From Phycisphaerales bacterium (GTDB taxonomy: Bacteria > Planctomycetota > Phycisphaerae > Phycisphaerales > UBA1924): DNA of 24,000 nt. The notes under the pieces are model-generated. The model ran no database searches. It had not been told where the DNA came from and was given only the letters and a program-made list of their open reading frames with translations. How positions within the stretch are numbered: position 1 is the first letter of the stretch; every line of letters begins with the position of its first letter. A program made the position numbers and the translations under genes. Positions 1 through 8,800 of the stretch are shown in pieces. Location of the stretch: the NCBI GenBank assembly GCA_016709445.1, contig JADJMV010000008.1, positions 17,776 through 41,775 on the forward strand. Reading direction: 5' to 3'.

Positions 1-1073
1 GTGTAGTGCGTGGTGCTGGTCGCAAGCTTGCACCTGTGGGCGCCGGTGGACGCGAACCGGCCGCTGCAGGGCTCGCCGCCGTGCCGCCATGTGCCGAACG
101 CATCGCGCAGGGCGGCGCCGGAGTAGTAGGACACGTCTTGGACGAGCAGCGTCCGACCGGAGCCATCCACGGGGAATTGGAGGCGGGGAATCTTCGAGTA
201 GACCTGGCCGTCGGCGTCGCGAGAGTCGAAGCGGGGCACGGTGTTGATTTCCATCGCACCCCCGCCGGCGATCCCCGGGCGTGCGTCGAGGCCACGCCCG
301 TCGAGGTAGGGCTCGTGGAACAGCGAGCCGATCTTGCTCCAGGTCTCGGGGATGTAGAACGCGATGGGTCCCTTGAAGTTCGCCGAGTTGAGAAAGCAAG
401 TCCAACTCTGGTCGCCGGTCGGCGGCACGGCCGACACTGCATCGGTGAAGGGCAGCGCCATCCAGGCGTAGCCGAGCAACGCGCCGTTGGGCTGCCCCTG
501 AAACGGCAGGCCATCGGGGGGGATGAGCAGGCGGTTTGCGAGCTGCGCCATGCCGAGGCGGTCGTCGGGGAGCGCCTGTGCGCTGTAGAAGAAGGACCAC
601 CCGGGCGAACCGACCTCGTAGTCGTAGCACTGGGGCGTCGCGTTCATGCTGAACTTGGGTGAGTCGTACCGGAAGTGGTTCCCCGCCCAGTAGCCCAGGC
701 CGCCTTCCACCGTCTGGAAGACGCTGTCCCATGTGGGGCCTCGCTCCGCCCACTCCCTGGCCCGCGTGCCGAGGGGCGCGAGCGGGGTGTCCTTGTCGTC
801 CGAGTTGTCGGGGAGGATCCACGTGCTCGCCAGACCGATCTGGAAGTTGGCCAGGGGCCGATCGATCAGCGGCCAGACTGCCGAATAGAAACTGATGCCG
901 GCGCGGTACGCCTCGCGATCGGCCGGGGGGACGATGGTGAACCCGATGTAGCCGTGCAGGCCCTGCGAGAGGAGCGTCGGGGTGGACCCTTCGGTGGTCG
1001 GCGGATCCGGCTGACCTGAGGCCGCGGCGGCGAGAAGCCCGAGCAGGAGTGCGGGTGCGGCGGCTCGGCGCAT
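1..1073 (-). CDS. Signal-peptide protein of unknown family; the 3' end (C-terminus) is cut off by the left window edge
   Basis: Not in the supplied ORF track because it has no stop inside the window. The reverse-strand frame from ATG 1073..1071 stays open down to position 3. I checked every codon and found no TTA/CTA/TCA at plus-strand positions divisible by 3. It starts MRRAAAPALLLGLLAAAASGQPDPP, which looks like a signal peptide, and GAGGA lies 7 nt upstream. The W/Y/F/N-containing composition (e.g. GYWAGNHFRYDSPKFSMNATPQCYDYEVGSPGWSFFY) is unlike the R/P/G-rich spurious frames. I do not recognise the family. Confidence 0.7.
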   Translation of the reverse strand, partial: MRRAAAPALLLGLLAAAASGQPDPPTTEGSTPTLLSQGLHGYIGFTIVPPADREAYRAGISFYSAVWPLIDRPLANFQIGLASTWILPDNSDDKDTPLAPLGTRAREWAERGPTWDSVFQTVEGGLGYWAGNHFRYDSPKFSMNATPQCYDYEVGSPGWSFFYSAQALPDDRLGMAQLANRLLIPPDGLPFQGQPNGALLGYAWMALPFTDAVSAVPPTGDQSWTCFLNSANFKGPIAFYIPETWSKIGSLFHEPYLDGRGLDARPGIAGGGAMEINTVPRFDSRDADGQVYSKIPRLQFPVDGSGRTLLVQDVSYYSGAALRDAFGTWRHGGEPCSGRFASTGAHRCKLATSTTHY

Positions 1074-1182
1074 GGTGAATCCTCGTTGCGAAGGGTGCGG
1101 GTGCGGGAGCGTACCACGGGGCCGGCGCCGCCGTCGGGATGGGAACATGCGGCCCCGGCAGAGGTCGGGTGGGCCGAGTGCC

Positions 1183-2934
1183 TCAGCCGATGACGCGCCG
1201 GCGCATCGAGACGTAGTCCCAGAGCACAAATCGGTCGAGATCCCGGCCGCCGGTGAAGAAGACGCGGCCGCGGGTGCTCTCGGCCATGCGGCGAGCGAAG
1301 GCGACGTCCTCGCTGCTCTGGCTCCAGCTCGGGAGCAGGAAGATGTTGATGGTGATGCCGTCGCGGGTGCAGAGGGCGGCTTCGCGGAGCGTGGCTTCCT
1401 CGGTCACGGGGTCTGGCGGATAGAGCATGTAGAGCGTTGGTCCCTCGTAGTGGGCCGTGGGGAGACCGTCGGTGATGAGCGCGATCTGTCGGTTGGGGGT
1501 GTCCTGGGCGCTGAGGACGCGCCGGGCGAGCGAGAGGGCGTGCTGGATGTTTGTGAAGTGCTGCGGGAGGCGCAATTCGCTCATGGCCGGATCGCTCATG
1601 TCGGCCTTGAGGCGTACGACCGGGCTGTGGATCGTGACGGGCTTGGGCATGAGGCTCACGATCTCCGCCGGCGTCCGCAGCTTGGCGAGCGTGAACATCT
1701 CGATGAACGACAGGTGGTCGCCGGGGTATTCCTGGCGGATGAGGGCGTCGAGGGCGAGGGCCATGCGCTTCACATTGATGTACTGCCCGTCGTAGCGCAT
1801 CGAGCCGGACATGTCCATGAGCACGCTCGTGGCGCACTTGGGCGTGTTGCGGGTTCGGTGGATGAGGATGTCCGGGGCGGAGGGAAAGATGGCTCCACCA
1901 TCCGGAGCGATCGCGGAGGTCCCGGCACGGACGAACGCGTTGACGAAGCTGCCCGCGACATCCATGTTGGCGAGCGAGTCGCCGAACTCGTAGGGCTTTG
2001 TCTTGGAGGTCTCGACGGCGCCCTCGCCGACGACAGGGCCGTCGTGGCGGCCGGAACGGGCGGCCTGCAGGTCGCTGAAGATCTCGGCGAGCAGGCGGCC
2101 CCGGACGAGGGCGTACGCCTTGGGGGAGAGGCGGAATCCCTCACGAGTCCGCTCGATTCCCTGCCGCTCGGCCTCGTGGCGGAGCATCTCCTCGATCTGT
2201 CGCTGCAGGTCGTTGAGACGCTCGATCTCGTCGCCGCGGCCCTCGTCCTGGGCGAAGGCCTCGAGTTCATCCATATCGATAATCGCGAGTTGGGAAGACT
2301 TCATCGCCTCTCGGAGCTGCTCGAGGAGCTTGTCGATCGTCTCGAGTTCCTCCTTGACTTCGAGGGCCTCGGGCACGCTCAGGGCGGTGCGGCCCGTGAA
2401 GGCGTACCGGCTCGCGAGCTGCTCGACCTGGAACTTCTCACCGAGCCGGGACATGAGCGACAGGATGCCGCGGGCGACCGGCGATTGCTCGTTCTTCTGG
2501 GCGTACCACAGGCGCTCGAGGTCTCGCATCTGTTCCTGCCGCACCGCGCGGCCAAAGGCGGCCTGGTGCTCTGGCCGGGGCTGGACGGCGGCGGACTGCT
2601 CGAGGTATGCCCGGGCGGCTAGTTCGCGGACGGTCCCGGTCTCGTAGGTCGCGAGGATCTTGGCCTTGCGTTCTTCCAGCATGGCGATCAGCGCGCTGAG
2701 GCTGGGTCCGAGGCCGGCGATCTGCGAGGCGTCGAGTCGGATCGCGGCCGCGAGCTGCTCCTCGGTGAAGCCTTCGAGATCGCCGAACTGCATGGCGAAG
2801 TCGAAGGCGGCTCCGGCCAGGTCGGGCGGCGGTGCGGTCGGGGAGGGGAAGGATTTGGGGTCGAACCCGAGGTAGGCGTGCACCAGGCCGGTCGGGCGCG
2901 GGCCGGGGGTGTTGGGCCCGGTTTGCTCGCTCAC
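1183..2934 (-). CDS. von Willebrand factor A (VWA/MIDAS) domain protein, partner of the upstream ChlI-like AAA+ ATPase
   Basis: 583-aa ORF. The C-terminal VWA fold has a MIDAS DxSxS motif (VLMDMSGSM) and a later IALITDG. The middle region is acidic and coiled-coil-like ([17 protein letters not shown]...[24 protein letters not shown]). The GTG start at 2934 overlaps the upstream TGA as GTGA, which suggests translational coupling. Confidence 0.88.
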   Translation of the reverse strand: MSEQTGPNTPGPRPTGLVHAYLGFDPKSFPSPTAPPPDLAGAAFDFAMQFGDLEGFTEEQLAAAIRLDASQIAGLGPSLSALIAMLEERKAKILATYETGTVRELAARAYLEQSAAVQPRPEHQAAFGRAVRQEQMRDLERLWYAQKNEQSPVARGILSLMSRLGEKFQVEQLASRYAFTGRTALSVPEALEVKEELETIDKLLEQLREAMKSSQLAIIDMDELEAFAQDEGRGDEIERLNDLQRQIEEMLRHEAERQGIERTREGFRLSPKAYALVRGRLLAEIFSDLQAARSGRHDGPVVGEGAVETSKTKPYEFGDSLANMDVAGSFVNAFVRAGTSAIAPDGGAIFPSAPDILIHRTRNTPKCATSVLMDMSGSMRYDGQYINVKRMALALDALIRQEYPGDHLSFIEMFTLAKLRTPAEIVSLMPKPVTIHSPVVRLKADMSDPAMSELRLPQHFTNIQHALSLARRVLSAQDTPNRQIALITDGLPTAHYEGPTLYMLYPPDPVTEEATLREAALCTRDGITINIFLLPSWSQSSEDVAFARRMAESTRGRVFFTGGRDLDRFVLWDYVSMRRRVIG

Positions 2935-4382
2935 GTCTCGAACTCCACGCGCCCGTGACGCACGGCGCGGCTGACCATGTCGCTGGCCCAGAGGCCGGCA
3001 AGGACAAACTCCACGCAGCTGGCTCGGACCTCGGGGGCTCCGGAGGCGTTGACCTCGAACGCCTTGTCCCAGACGGGGGGCACGCGTCGGAGAAGGCCCT
3101 CGTAGTGACTGCTCGGGAGCATGTCCCCCACTTCGATGCGCACACCCTTGGCGAAGATCTCGGCGATCTCGGCGAGGCCGTGCTCCTGGACGTATTCCTT
3201 GAATACGTTGCGGATCGCCTCGGCGAAGATCGCGTCGAGGGCCTGGGTTTCCGTCAGCTGGTGGCTGGACATGAGATCGAGCTCGACCTTGCCGGCCGCG
3301 GTGGCGTGGAAGTGTGCCAGGTCGCTGATGCGCGGGACGCTGGGGCGTTCTCCGAGCGTGATCCCGCGTCGGCGGGCGGAGGCGACCATGACGCGGTAGT
3401 TCGCGATGGAGAATCGTGCGGAGACTCCGGAGGCGTGGTCGACATACTTGCTCTTCCGCGCGACGCTGGCCATCTCCTCGACGATTTCCTTCATGAATCG
3501 GGGCACGATGACGGGATCGTCGCCGCCGAGTGTGAGGTCCTTGAGCGCCTCCTGCTCGGTGATGTCGATCGCCTGGTCGCGTTGGCGGGGGTAGTGGGTC
3601 TGGATGGTCGAACCGATCCGGTCTTTGAGCTGCGGGATGACCTTCCCGGAGCGGTTGTAGGTGCTGGGGTTGGCGGAGAAGAGCACGACCAGGTCCAGGT
3701 CGAAGCGGACCGGGAGGCCGCGGATCTGGACGTCGCGTTCTTCGAGGATGTTGAAGAGCCCGACCTGCACCGAGTCGTCGAGGTCGGGGAGTTCGTTCAT
3801 CGCGAAGATACCGCGGTGCATGCGGGGGATCATGCCGAAGAAAAGGGATTCCTCGGCGCCGAGGGAGACGCCCCTCGCGAGCTTGGCGGGGTCGATCTCA
3901 CCGATCACGTCGGCGAACTTGGTTCCCGGCGCGAGCCGCTCGGCGTAGCGGTTCTCTCGGGGCCACCAGGCGATTGGGGCGCTCTCGCCGTGCCGGGCGA
4001 GAAAGTCTCGGCCGATGCGGGTGATGGGGCGTTCGGGGTCTTCGTGGACGGGACAGTCTCCGCTGTCGGGGTCGATATCGAGGTAGGGCATGAAGGGATC
4101 GAGGAACGAGCCGAGCTGACGCATGAGGCGGCTCTTGCCCTGCCCCTTTTCCCCCAGGAAGAGCATGTCGTGGCCGGCGAGGATGGCGTTGATGATTTCA
4201 GGAATGACCGTCGATTCGTAGCCGATGATTCCGGGGAAGAGTTCCGCGACTTCGGTCCCGTGGACCCGCAGCGCGGCGATGAGGTTCTCGCGAAGTTCGG
4301 CCTTGACCGAGCGAGAACGCCAGCCTGCCGCCCGGAGTTCGCGGAGCGTCCGTACACCCTCAAACGCATTTGTCGTGGACAT
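2931..4382 (-). CDS. ChlI/BchI-like (Mg-chelatase subunit I-like) AAA+ ATPase of unknown function
   Basis: Walker A is [11 protein letters not shown]. The Walker-B-like segment is [12 protein letters not shown], followed by [18 protein letters not shown] and [22 protein letters not shown] (sensor/arginine region). I set the start at ATG 4382 ([21 protein letters not shown]). The 139 extra N-terminal codons in the track ORF (up to 4799) are R/P-rich and overlap the 3' end of the HupE gene. An alternative ATG at 4469 cannot be excluded. Confidence 0.82.
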   Translation of the reverse strand: MSTTNAFEGVRTLRELRAAGWRSRSVKAELRENLIAALRVHGTEVAELFPGIIGYESTVIPEIINAILAGHDMLFLGEKGQGKSRLMRQLGSFLDPFMPYLDIDPDSGDCPVHEDPERPITRIGRDFLARHGESAPIAWWPRENRYAERLAPGTKFADVIGEIDPAKLARGVSLGAEESLFFGMIPRMHRGIFAMNELPDLDDSVQVGLFNILEERDVQIRGLPVRFDLDLVVLFSANPSTYNRSGKVIPQLKDRIGSTIQTHYPRQRDQAIDITEQEALKDLTLGGDDPVIVPRFMKEIVEEMASVARKSKYVDHASGVSARFSIANYRVMVASARRRGITLGERPSVPRISDLAHFHATAAGKVELDLMSSHQLTETQALDAIFAEAIRNVFKEYVQEHGLAEIAEIFAKGVRIEVGDMLPSSHYEGLLRRVPPVWDKAFEVNASGAPEVRASCVEFVLAGLWASDMVSRAVRHGRVEFET

Positions 4383-4426
4383 ATGCACCGGCTTCGTCGA
4401 GAATTGGGGACTGGATGCACCAGTAT

Positions 4427-4448
4427 CAGCCCGGTTCTGTCCGGGCTG
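4427..4448 (-). other. GC-rich stem-loop (8-bp stem, 6-nt loop) in the 140-bp gap between the HupE-like gene and the AAA+ ATPase gene
   Basis: The plus strand reads CAGCCCGG-ttctgt-CCGGGCTG, a perfect inverted repeat. No U-tract follows on the minus strand, so its role (terminator, attenuator or stability element) is open. Confidence 0.3.
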
Positions 4449-4522
4449 CCGGTGCAGAGTGTATGCCATTGTTCCCGGCGCGGATGGCGCTCGCGGGCGC
4501 TCGCATGCTCGGCGAATTCCCG

Positions 4523-5752
4523 CTACACGACCCTCTGCACAAACCAGTACAGGGCGATCACGGCGATGGCGACCGAGAGGGGTATGGAGACCCGGGCGCG
4601 GTACCAGCTCTCGTGTCGCCACCAGCCGAGCACGGCGAAGGCGATCGCCAGGATGGTGAGGTGGCCGCCCTCGACGCCGACATTGAATGCGATGATGGCG
4701 GTGACGAGCTGGGAGGGTGGGAGGCCGATGCTGAGCAGACCCGCGGCAAATCCGATGCCGTGGATCAGGCCGAAGAGGAAGGCGACGCCCGCCCTCCACG
4801 GGTGCACCTTGGTTGTGAACAGGTTCTCGATCGCGACGAAAGCGATCGTGAGCGCGACCACTGGGTTGATGAGCGCCGGCGAGACGTGGACAAGGCCGAA
4901 GGTCGCCAGAGTGACTGTACAGGTATGGGCCAGGGTGAAGGTCATCGTCTGCCAGAGCAGGTCTTTGAGTCGGGAGTTGAGCAGGAAGAGGCCGAGGATG
5001 AAGAGCTCGTGGTCGGCGCCGTTGGGGATGATGTGGCGGTAGCCCAGCTCGATGTACCGCCAGGCGACAGACAGGACGCCGGGCCCGGAGGGGCGTGTCG
5101 GGTGCGTCGTTGCCGGCGGGGGCGTCGGGGCTGCGTCGCCGCCATCTGAGGCCGGAGTCGGCGTGGGGCCCGTCAGGGCGCTGACGTCGAATTCAGGGGA
5201 GGTCTCGGCGGGCTCCAGTGGCATGAACGTGGTTTCGAAGCCCGGGCGGGTGACGCCAAGGATGACCTGATCGAAGACTGCGGGCGCGCGGATGGCGATG
5301 GTCGCCGCGCCCTGCGGCAGCTTGGCCTGGGCGATGAACTCGAGCTTGCAGGGCAGACGCTCTGTGGGGTTGTCCAGCTTCCACTGGTCGATCAGCTCGA
5401 GCGACGGGCTTTGGATCAGCTCGAGTTCGAGGGGCTGGCCGTCGGCGAGGAGCTTGAAGCCGGATTGGAACCTCTCGCGGCCGTCTTGCAGGGCGGAGGC
5501 GAGATCCTCCCGCGGCCCGTCGAGGAGGGCGTACATCTGCGGATCGGTGATGCGGACGGAGGTGTCGTTGAGGGCGTAGGCCAGGGCGTCGTGGGTCACG
5601 ATGAGCTCGACGGTCGCGCCGTCGGGCCCTGGGGTGATCTTGATGGTGGCGACGGTTCCGAGGGCGGGGTGGACGGCCGCGGCGGCGGTGTGTGCCAGCA
5701 GCATGAGGGCCGCGAGGAGCAGGCACCGCACTGCGAGCAGCCGGGCCCTCAT
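4523..5752 (-). CDS. HupE/UreJ_2-family membrane protein with an N-terminal periplasmic domain
   Basis: Signal peptide [27 protein letters not shown] soluble domain of about 200 aa is followed by a Pro/Thr-rich linker. The signature [21 protein letters not shown] follows, and then several hydrophobic helices (e.g. [19 protein letters not shown]). GGAGG lies 9-13 nt upstream of the ATG. Confidence 0.85.
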   Translation of the reverse strand: MRARLLAVRCLLLAALMLLAHTAAAAVHPALGTVATIKITPGPDGATVELIVTHDALAYALNDTSVRITDPQMYALLDGPREDLASALQDGRERFQSGFKLLADGQPLELELIQSPSLELIDQWKLDNPTERLPCKLEFIAQAKLPQGAATIAIRAPAVFDQVILGVTRPGFETTFMPLEPAETSPEFDVSALTGPTPTPASDGGDAAPTPPPATTHPTRPSGPGVLSVAWRYIELGYRHIIPNGADHELFILGLFLLNSRLKDLLWQTMTFTLAHTCTVTLATFGLVHVSPALINPVVALTIAFVAIENLFTTKVHPWRAGVAFLFGLIHGIGFAAGLLSIGLPPSQLVTAIIAFNVGVEGGHLTILAIAFAVLGWWRHESWYRARVSIPLSVAIAVIALYWFVQRVV

Positions 5753-5778
5753 GCTCGCTCAACCCTCCGGGCGCAACA

Positions 5779-5810
5779 GGCGCGGCGGCCGTCTGAGGGG
5801 CCGCCGCGCC
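5779..5810 (-). terminator. Perfect 12-bp all-G/C stem with an 8-nt loop, 31 nt downstream of the GH38 stop; candidate terminator or RNA stability element
   Basis: GGCGCGGCGGCC-gtctgagg-GGCCGCCGCGCC. On the minus strand it is followed only by TGTTG, which is a weak U-tract. Only 26 nt separate it from the HupE-like start, so it could instead be an intra-operon element. Confidence 0.4.
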
Positions 5811-5840
5811 GCGATGCATCGAGTTCATCCGGCCCGCGGC

Positions 5841-8800
5841 TCACCTGGGCCCCGAGGCCGTCAGGGCCTTGACGGCGGGCTCGGGCAGGGCCGTGTTCCA
5901 GATCGTCAGACCGGCGAGCTGGCCTTCGAAGCGGTACCGCTTGTCCCAGGGGTCGAGCGGGGCGATGTTGACGACGTTCTTGTCGTCGGCGAGGCGCACG
6001 GCGCCCTGGCCGATGGGCTTGCCGTCCTTGTAGAGCTTGACGTTGGCGCCATCGAAGGTGGCCGTGATCATCTGCCAGCGGCCGAGGTCGTACTGCTCGG
6101 CGCCCTGGGCGTCCTGGTTGTGCGCCCAGAAGTGGACGCCCTCGGCGAACTTGCAGAGGTAGCGGCCCTGGCCGGGGGTGGTCAGCTCGCAGGCTCCGAA
6201 GCCGATGAGGGGCGTGTGGTTCACGGGCTGCTTGTCCATCTTCGCGAAGAAGTTGATGGTCCAGGAGTCGCCGGCCTTGACGGGCAGGCCCTGGACATCG
6301 GTGATGGACTTGCCGAACTGGTCGGGTCCGATCGTGTCGAGCGAGAAGACCGGGCCCGGGACGGTGAAGGGCACGGCGGCCTGCTTGAGGGTGTTGCCCG
6401 CGGGGGAGGCGTCCTTGATGTTGGAAACGCGCACCGAGTACTGCTGGCCAACCTTGGGCGATTCGGCGAGTTGGACCGTGGCGGAGCGGTGGTCCGCGGA
6501 GGGCTCCACGCCCTTGATGGCGATCGAAGGCTCGAGGCGGATATCGCCGGCGGCGATCCCCGCGACGGGCTCGGAGAACTGGACGGTGATCCGGGGCGTC
6601 TCGTACATGCCGACGACGCCGAGCACGGTGGGCGGGGTTCGGTCGTTGACGTTGATCGTGCGGGAGGCGACCGGTCCGAGCGACCCGTCGGGGTTCTGCG
6701 CGGCGACCTTGACTGTGGCGGTGTCGCTCAGCGTGATCGGGCCCGAATAGACGGGCGAGCCCGCGGTGGGGTTGGCGCCGTCGGTGGTGTAGTGGAACGA
6801 GCCTTCGTGCCAGTAGAGACCGGGCTCGACGGCGACGGAGACCGCGTTGGCGAATGCCTCGCCGTTGCGCTCGGGTGCATCGACGACCGCCACGCTCGGG
6901 GGGCCCTGCTTGTGGCCCTTGAGGGTGTCGAAGAGCGGCGCCGCGGGCGTCGTCGCGGCGTCGGCCTCGTCCACGGCCGTCATCGCGAAGATCTTGACGC
7001 GCGGATCGTTGGGCAGCCCGATCGATGTGGCGCCGGCGGGGAGATCGATCCCGACCTTGAACATGTAGCAGTACCGGTAGATCACGTCCTCACCCTTGCC
7101 GCCCTTGGTCGGCGCGTGGTGGTGTGAGACGTACCAGCCGATCTCCTCGGGCTTGGTGTAGCCGGGGGTGAGCCCGATGATGTCGGTCGTTCCCCAGGGG
7201 TAGCGGGGGTCGTAGACGTCTCCCGGCCATTCGCGGTGGTCCCACTGCCCGACGAAACCGCCCCAGTCCTGCACAGTGACGGGTGTGGCGCTTCCGCCCA
7301 CGTTGAAGTCGGCGGTGACGTCGCCGTCGCTGGAGGCCGCGAGGAGGTAGACGCGGTTGAAGGATCCGCTGGGGAGCTTGATCTGCTGGCCTCGGGCGGA
7401 GAGGGCGTTGTTCTGACCGTCGGCTGCGCCGGAGCCGAGCTTGAAGGTGACGCCGTCGATCTCGAGGGTTGCGGGCGTCTGCTCGGCGGGGTAGCTCGCG
7501 TTGCCGGAGGTCATGGCGCCGTTGGTACGATCCTTGTTCGTGCTGATGACATCCGAGTCGAAGTCGAGCCGGACCGGCGAGGACTTGTCGGCGGCGACGC
7601 GTTGCTCGCTCGAGGCCTCGCCGACCTGCACGGCGAAGGCCTTGAGTTCAAAGCCGCCGATGTCGGTCGCGAGTTCGCCGCCGGAAACGGCGGCCTTGCC
7701 GAGGGGGCGCTCCTGCCCATCGACCTCGCGGGCCGCGACGATGCCGTCGCCGACGGCGACCTTCAGGCCACGGACGGGCTTGCCGGACTGCTCGCGGAGC
7801 CGGACGATGACCTCGTCGGAGTCCTCGGCTTTCTTGACGGCCTGGACGCTGACGCGGGGGTCGCTGACGCGGACGAGCGAGAAGGACTTGCCGAGGGCGC
7901 CCTGGTGCGCGGCGGCGGCGCGGAAGGGCACGAGGGGCTGGTTGAGGCGGGCGGCCTGCTCGAAGGACCTCTCCTGGCGCCAGTCGCCGGCGTGGCCCTG
8001 CACGGCGTAGGTGATGTGGTGGCGGCCGATGTCCTGGCTGGACTGGTCGGGGTAGCCGCCGCGGACGCCGGGGGTGTAGAGCATGGTGAGGCGGACGGTG
8101 TTGTCGGTGGGCTTGTCGCACCCGTACTTGCTGTCGCACATCACCGACGCGCCGAACTTTCCGGAGGTGTCGGTGAGGTCGAACCACTGGTGGAATCCGT
8201 ACTCGTACTGCTGCTCGTGGCCGTTCCCACGCTCGATGGCGCCGGCCTGGAGGTCGTAGGTCGCGGTGGGGTTGCTCGCGGTGAGGGGGAACTCGGCGCG
8301 GACGCTGCGCTCGCGGGTCTGCCAATCGACGATGGTGTCGAACTCGACGCGGTCGCCGCCTGCGGCGAGGCGCACACGCTGGGTAAACGTGGAGCCTTCG
8401 GCGGAGCGGGTGACCTCGACTGCGACGCGGGCGGGGCCGTTCTCGATGACCTTGAAACTCACGGGCCCGTCGGCGCCGACGAAAGAGGTCGCGGGCTTGA
8501 CCCGGTCGGACCAGTCCTGGTTCCAGGCGGGCCACTGGCTGGGGTTCTCGTAGTAGAGGCCGATGCGGGCGGGGGCGGCGAGCAACTCCTGGTTGGCGTC
8601 CTTGTCGAGGATGGAGGCGACGTCGCCGTGGTCGTCGAACTTGACGACGTAGTGCTCGTTCTCGAGGCGGCGCCCATCGGCATCGACCTTCAGCGCAGAG
8701 AGCTGGGCCGACTTCGCGGCTGCCTGGAGCTGGACCGAGTATGCGGCGAACCCGACGGACGGGGCATGGGCGATGAAGCCGACGCGTGCGACGCCGTCGG

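Noticed and set aside
4383-4799. 139-codon N-terminal extension of the AAA+ ATPase ORF
   Set aside because: It is R/P/H-rich and overlaps the 3' end of the HupE-like gene by 277 nt. The homology-like N-terminus (…[12 protein letters not shown]…) begins right after ATG 4382.
1072-5042. Long plus-strand ORFs (1072-2622, 2003-2647, 2832-5042) antisense to the VWA, AAA+ and HupE genes
   Set aside because: They are low-complexity G/A/E/D/R/L translations that span gene boundaries of well-supported minus-strand genes.
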